The notes under the pieces: model-generated | Told to the model about the DNA's origin: nothing | The model's database searches: none | Seen by the model: the letters and a program-made list of their open reading frames with translations, nothing else | In this document: piece after piece, positions 16,297 to 19,307 of the stretch | How the letters are laid out: every line of letters begins with the position of its first letter | Numbering within the stretch: the first letter of the stretch is position 1 | Program-made: the position numbers and the translations under genes | Assembly (NCBI GenBank): GCA_021786105.1 | Contig: JAJYNW010000012.1 | Span: 1-19,307 of the forward strand | Source of the DNA: a bacterium | Lineage (GTDB): Bacteria > Patescibacteriota > Microgenomatia > Daviesbacterales > UBA10151 | Reading direction: 5' to 3' | DNA length: 19,307 nt

Positions 16297-17382
16297 ATGT
16301 CAGTCGAAATAAAAGTTGGAGTAGTTCCTGCAGGCGCTTTGGGGAGTGCCTTTGCAAAAATAGCTGCCGATATGGGCCACCAGGTAACGTTATACTTCAA
16401 TCGTCCTGAATCCTTAGAAACTTTTAAAGCAACACATCGAAGCGATAGGTTAGAGGGTATAGATTTACCGAGATCTATACATGGAACTTGCGATATTCAA
16501 GAGGTTGTTAAAGGTGCGAGAGTTCTCTTTTTGGCTCCCCCTTCGGTAAGATTCCGTGAAGTGTTTCAGAATTTAAAAACATCTCTTAGGGGAGATTGTG
16601 ATGTTCTGATTGGGACAAAGGGCTTGGAAGAGGGAACTAATCTAACAATGTCACAGATTGTTTTACAAGAACGGCCAAATCATATAGATCATGTTGCTGT
16701 TATGTCTGGTCCTAATATAGCAAACCAGATGGCTCTTCGTAAAGAAACAGGGACGGTAATTGCTTCTTATCAAGCAGGAACTGCAAAACGCCTCCAGGCT
16801 TTATTTAATACAAATTACTTCCGTGTTTATACGGAGGAAGATGTAATTGCGTTGGAGACTGCGGGTGCTCTGAAAAACATTATGGCTTTTGGGGTCGGTA
16901 TAGTAAATGTGCTTGATGTGAGTCAAAATACTAAGGCGCTTTATTTTGCAAGGGCTTTGGCGGAAATGGCTATGATCGGAAAAGTGTTAGGAGCACAGGA
17001 TGAAAGACCGTTTATGGGTTTATCAGGAGCTGGTGATTTTTTCCTTTCTTGCATAGGGCAAGGAACCAGGAATACAAGAGCAGGTGAGGCTTTTGCCAGA
17101 GGTCGATCGCTGAAAGAATTAGAGACTTCAAAAGATTTGGTAGAAAGTTTATATACAGTTAAAGTTGCTGCTGATATAGTAAGGAAACATAATTTGAATG
17201 CCCCAATTACTTTAGCAATTAATGGGATGGTTCATGAGGGTTGGGATAAGAGTGTTTGCATACAGCAGCTAATGGACCGGAAACCAGAAAAAGAGCAATT
17301 GAGAGACAAAGATTTAGGATTCTATTTGGCCAGACTAGGAACAAGGTTATTGCATAATATAGGAATTGGAAGAACTCTCTGA
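16297..17382 (+). CDS. gpsA: NAD(P)H-dependent glycerol-3-phosphate dehydrogenase
   Basis: TKGLE, SGPN, GALKN, GLSGAGD and TRN motifs. Rossmann loop reads PAGALG. Confidence 0.9.
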   Translation: MSVEIKVGVVPAGALGSAFAKIAADMGHQVTLYFNRPESLETFKATHRSDRLEGIDLPRSIHGTCDIQEVVKGARVLFLAPPSVRFREVFQNLKTSLRGDCDVLIGTKGLEEGTNLTMSQIVLQERPNHIDHVAVMSGPNIANQMALRKETGTVIASYQAGTAKRLQALFNTNYFRVYTEEDVIALETAGALKNIMAFGVGIVNVLDVSQNTKALYFARALAEMAMIGKVLGAQDERPFMGLSGAGDFFLSCIGQGTRNTRAGEAFARGRSLKELETSKDLVESLYTVKVAADIVRKHNLNAPITLAINGMVHEGWDKSVCIQQLMDRKPEKEQLRDKDLGFYLARLGTRLLHNIGIGRTL

Positions 17383-17391
17383 TTTAACCTA

Positions 17392-17420
17392 TTGCATTAT
17401 TATTTGGTTTAGTGTATATT
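17392..17420 (+). promoter_or_regulatory. sigma70-type promoter for tuf
   Basis: TTGCAT (17392-17397), 17-nt spacer, TATATT (17415-17420). The leader has hairpins at 17428-17444 and 17451-17465. Confidence 0.6.
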
Positions 17421-17519
17421 TTATTTACCAGCTGGAAGAGCTGGATTTTTAGAGCTAATAGCTCTTGTCAAAAATTGATTGTGGACAAACCTAATCAGCT
17501 TTGATAAAATTATAAAAAT

Positions 17520-18704
17520 ATGGCAGACGCAAAAAAATTTGATAGAACAAAACCGCACGTAAATGTTGGAACCATGGGTCACGTTGACCATGGTAAGACA
17601 ACTTTAACCGCTGCAATTACCAATGTTTTAGCTGCCAAAGGTATGGCAGAAAAAAGGTCAGTTGACCAAATTGACAATGCTCCAGAAGAAAAAGCCCGCG
17701 GTATTACCATTAATATTTCCCACCAAGAATACGAAACTGAAAAAAGACATTATGCTCACATTGACATGCCAGGTCATGCAGATTACATTAAAAATATGAT
17801 TACCGGTGCTGCTCAAACTGATGGTGCTATCTTGGTAGTATCTGCTCCGGATGGTCCGATGCCACAGACTAGAGAACATCTTTTGCTTGCTCACCAAGTC
17901 GGAGTTCCAGCAATTGTAGTTTTCCTCAATAAATGCGATATGGTTGATGATCCTGAACTCTTGGATTTGGTGGAAGAAGAAGTCAGGGATTTGCTTAAGA
18001 AATATGAATATGATCCGAACTCCCCGATAGTCAGAGGTTCAGCTAAAAAAGCTTTGGAAGGTGATGCTGAAGCCGTTAAAGCCATTGAAGAGCTCATGAA
18101 CAAAGTTGATGAGTGGATTCCAACTCCCACCCGGGAAACCGATAAACCATTCCTGATGGCTGTGGAAGATGTCTTTTCTATCAAAGGTCGCGGAACTGTG
18201 GTAACTGGAAGAATTGAAAGAGGTAAGGTTAAAGTTAATGAGGAAATTGAAATTGTCGGAATTAGACCAACTAAAAAGAGTGTGGTTACCGGAATTGAAA
18301 TGTTTCACAAAATGCTTGATGAGGGTCAAGCCGGAGATAACGCCGGAATTTTACTTCGAGGTATTGAAAAAGACGACGTTGAGCGCGGTCAAGTATTGGC
18401 CAAACCCGGCTCAATTACTCCTCACGCTGAATTTGAAGCAGAAGTTTATGTTTTAAGTAAAGAAGAAGGCGGAAGACATACCCCGTTCTTCAAAGGTTAC
18501 AGACCACAATTTTACATCAGAACTACTGATGTGACCGGTGAAGTCCAACTTCCGGAAGGTGTAGAAATGGCTATGCCAGGCGACACGGTTAATGTTAAAG
18601 GTAAGCTGATTACACCGGTTGCTATGGAAGAAGGTTTAAGGTTTGCTGTCCGGGAGGGCGGTAAAACTGTCGGAGCCGGAGTTATTACCAAGATTATCGC
18701 CTAA
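17520..18704 (+). CDS. tuf: Elongation factor Tu
   Basis: [34 protein letters not shown] and [10 protein letters not shown] motifs. Confidence 0.99.
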   Translation: MADAKKFDRTKPHVNVGTMGHVDHGKTTLTAAITNVLAAKGMAEKRSVDQIDNAPEEKARGITINISHQEYETEKRHYAHIDMPGHADYIKNMITGAAQTDGAILVVSAPDGPMPQTREHLLLAHQVGVPAIVVFLNKCDMVDDPELLDLVEEEVRDLLKKYEYDPNSPIVRGSAKKALEGDAEAVKAIEELMNKVDEWIPTPTRETDKPFLMAVEDVFSIKGRGTVVTGRIERGKVKVNEEIEIVGIRPTKKSVVTGIEMFHKMLDEGQAGDNAGILLRGIEKDDVERGQVLAKPGSITPHAEFEAEVYVLSKEEGGRHTPFFKGYRPQFYIRTTDVTGEVQLPEGVEMAMPGDTVNVKGKLITPVAMEEGLRFAVREGGKTVGAGVITKIIA

Positions 18705-18724
18705 GTTGATTTAGGTGATAAAGT

Positions 18725-18744
18725 GGGGCGAAAGCCCCTTTTTT
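18725..18744 (+). terminator. Intrinsic terminator after tuf
   Basis: GGGGC-GAAA-GCCCC followed by TTTTTT. Preceded by a second hairpin (18694-18721) over the tuf stop codon. Confidence 0.8.
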
Positions 18745-18756
18745 GATGGTTTGAGG

Positions 18757-18762
18757 TATAAT
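18757..18762 (+). promoter_or_regulatory. Possible -10 box for rpsJ
   Basis: Perfect TATAAT just after the tuf terminator. No good -35 at 17-nt spacing. Confidence 0.4.
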
Positions 18763-18826
18763 AAGCATAGCTTGATTTCTCGCTTTGCTTGAAATTTAGC
18801 ACGTTAACAGTAAGAAGGTAACAAGT

Positions 18827-19135
18827 ATGCCAAGAGGACGAATTAGAGTAAAACTGAAAAGTTATGATCATCGGGTGTTAGATAACACCTGTGAATCCTT
18901 ATTGGATACCGCCCTTCGAACTGGCGCTAAAATAGTTGGTCCGATTCCCCTTCCTACTAAAATCGAAAGAATTACCGTTTTAACTTCTCCTCACACTGAT
19001 AAAAATTCCCGGGAAGCTTTTGAAATTAAAACCCACAAAAGAATGGTCGATATTGTTGAACCTACCCAAAAAACCATCGATTCTTTGATGCATCTGGAGA
19101 TCCCCGCCGGTGTGGACATTGAAGTGAAGATGTAA
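18827..19135 (+). CDS. rpsJ: 30S ribosomal protein S10 (uS10/NusE)
   Basis: [42 protein letters not shown] and PAGVDIEVK motifs. Confidence 0.99.
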   Translation: MPRGRIRVKLKSYDHRVLDNTCESLLDTALRTGAKIVGPIPLPTKIERITVLTSPHTDKNSREAFEIKTHKRMVDIVEPTQKTIDSLMHLEIPAGVDIEVKM

Positions 19136-19307
19136 AAAAAGTACCTTATTTTTTTACCCCTTTTTTCCTATCGGTCTAGCCTGACCCACCTGCAGATTTG
19201 AAATAAATGGGACAATTTTCTTTTAAAGGGTAGGATTTTGATCTGTCTCTAGGAAAATTTAGAAGAATTTTTGAAGATAGTCCGAGACTGTAGAGAAAAT
19301 ATTATTG

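Noticed and set aside
9714-17382. TGA recoding (genetic code 25) or readthrough
   Set aside because: TGA ends complete-looking genes (9714, 17380) and no conserved gene has an internal TGA.
17658-18456. Antisense and alternative-frame ORFs over tuf
   Set aside because: Shadow ORFs with no independent evidence.
1-19307. tRNA, rRNA, introns or inteins
   Set aside because: No cloverleaf or rRNA-like segments were seen in the spacers; core proteins are colinear, without intein-sized inserts or splice motifs.

Overview
Bacterial core transcription/translation cluster, all on the + strand: rpoB-rpoC-rpsL-rpsG-[4.6 kb insert]-fusA-[2.35 kb insert]-tuf-rpsJ. Standard genetic code (TGA stops at 9714, 10949 and 17380). 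The interrupted str operon, SD-poor AT-rich starts, divergent RNAP residues and type of surface proteins suggest a Patescibacteria (CPR), probably Microgenomates-like, genome; this is an inference and was not tested. Insert 1 holds a small ORF plus a doubly frameshifted PIN-domain gene, a divergent histidine phosphatase, two surface proteins with pilin-like leaders (one with cohesin and dockerin domains, bracketed by a 19-bp direct repeat that copies part of a promoter), and a 75-aa GreA coiled-coil-only protein coupled to fusA. Insert 2 holds an orphan ORF, a stomatin/SPFH gene and gpsA. The most unusual signals are: (1) both the rpoB-rpoC and rpoC-rpsL spacers consist of 7-nt tandem repeats arranged as long inverted hairpins, with different sequence but the same TAG/CTA period-7 grammar; (2) a mini-GreA behind a promoter-proximal terminator; (3) cassette-like, often leaderless accessory genes inserted into the str operon; (4) a heavily substituted rifamycin pocket in RpoB.
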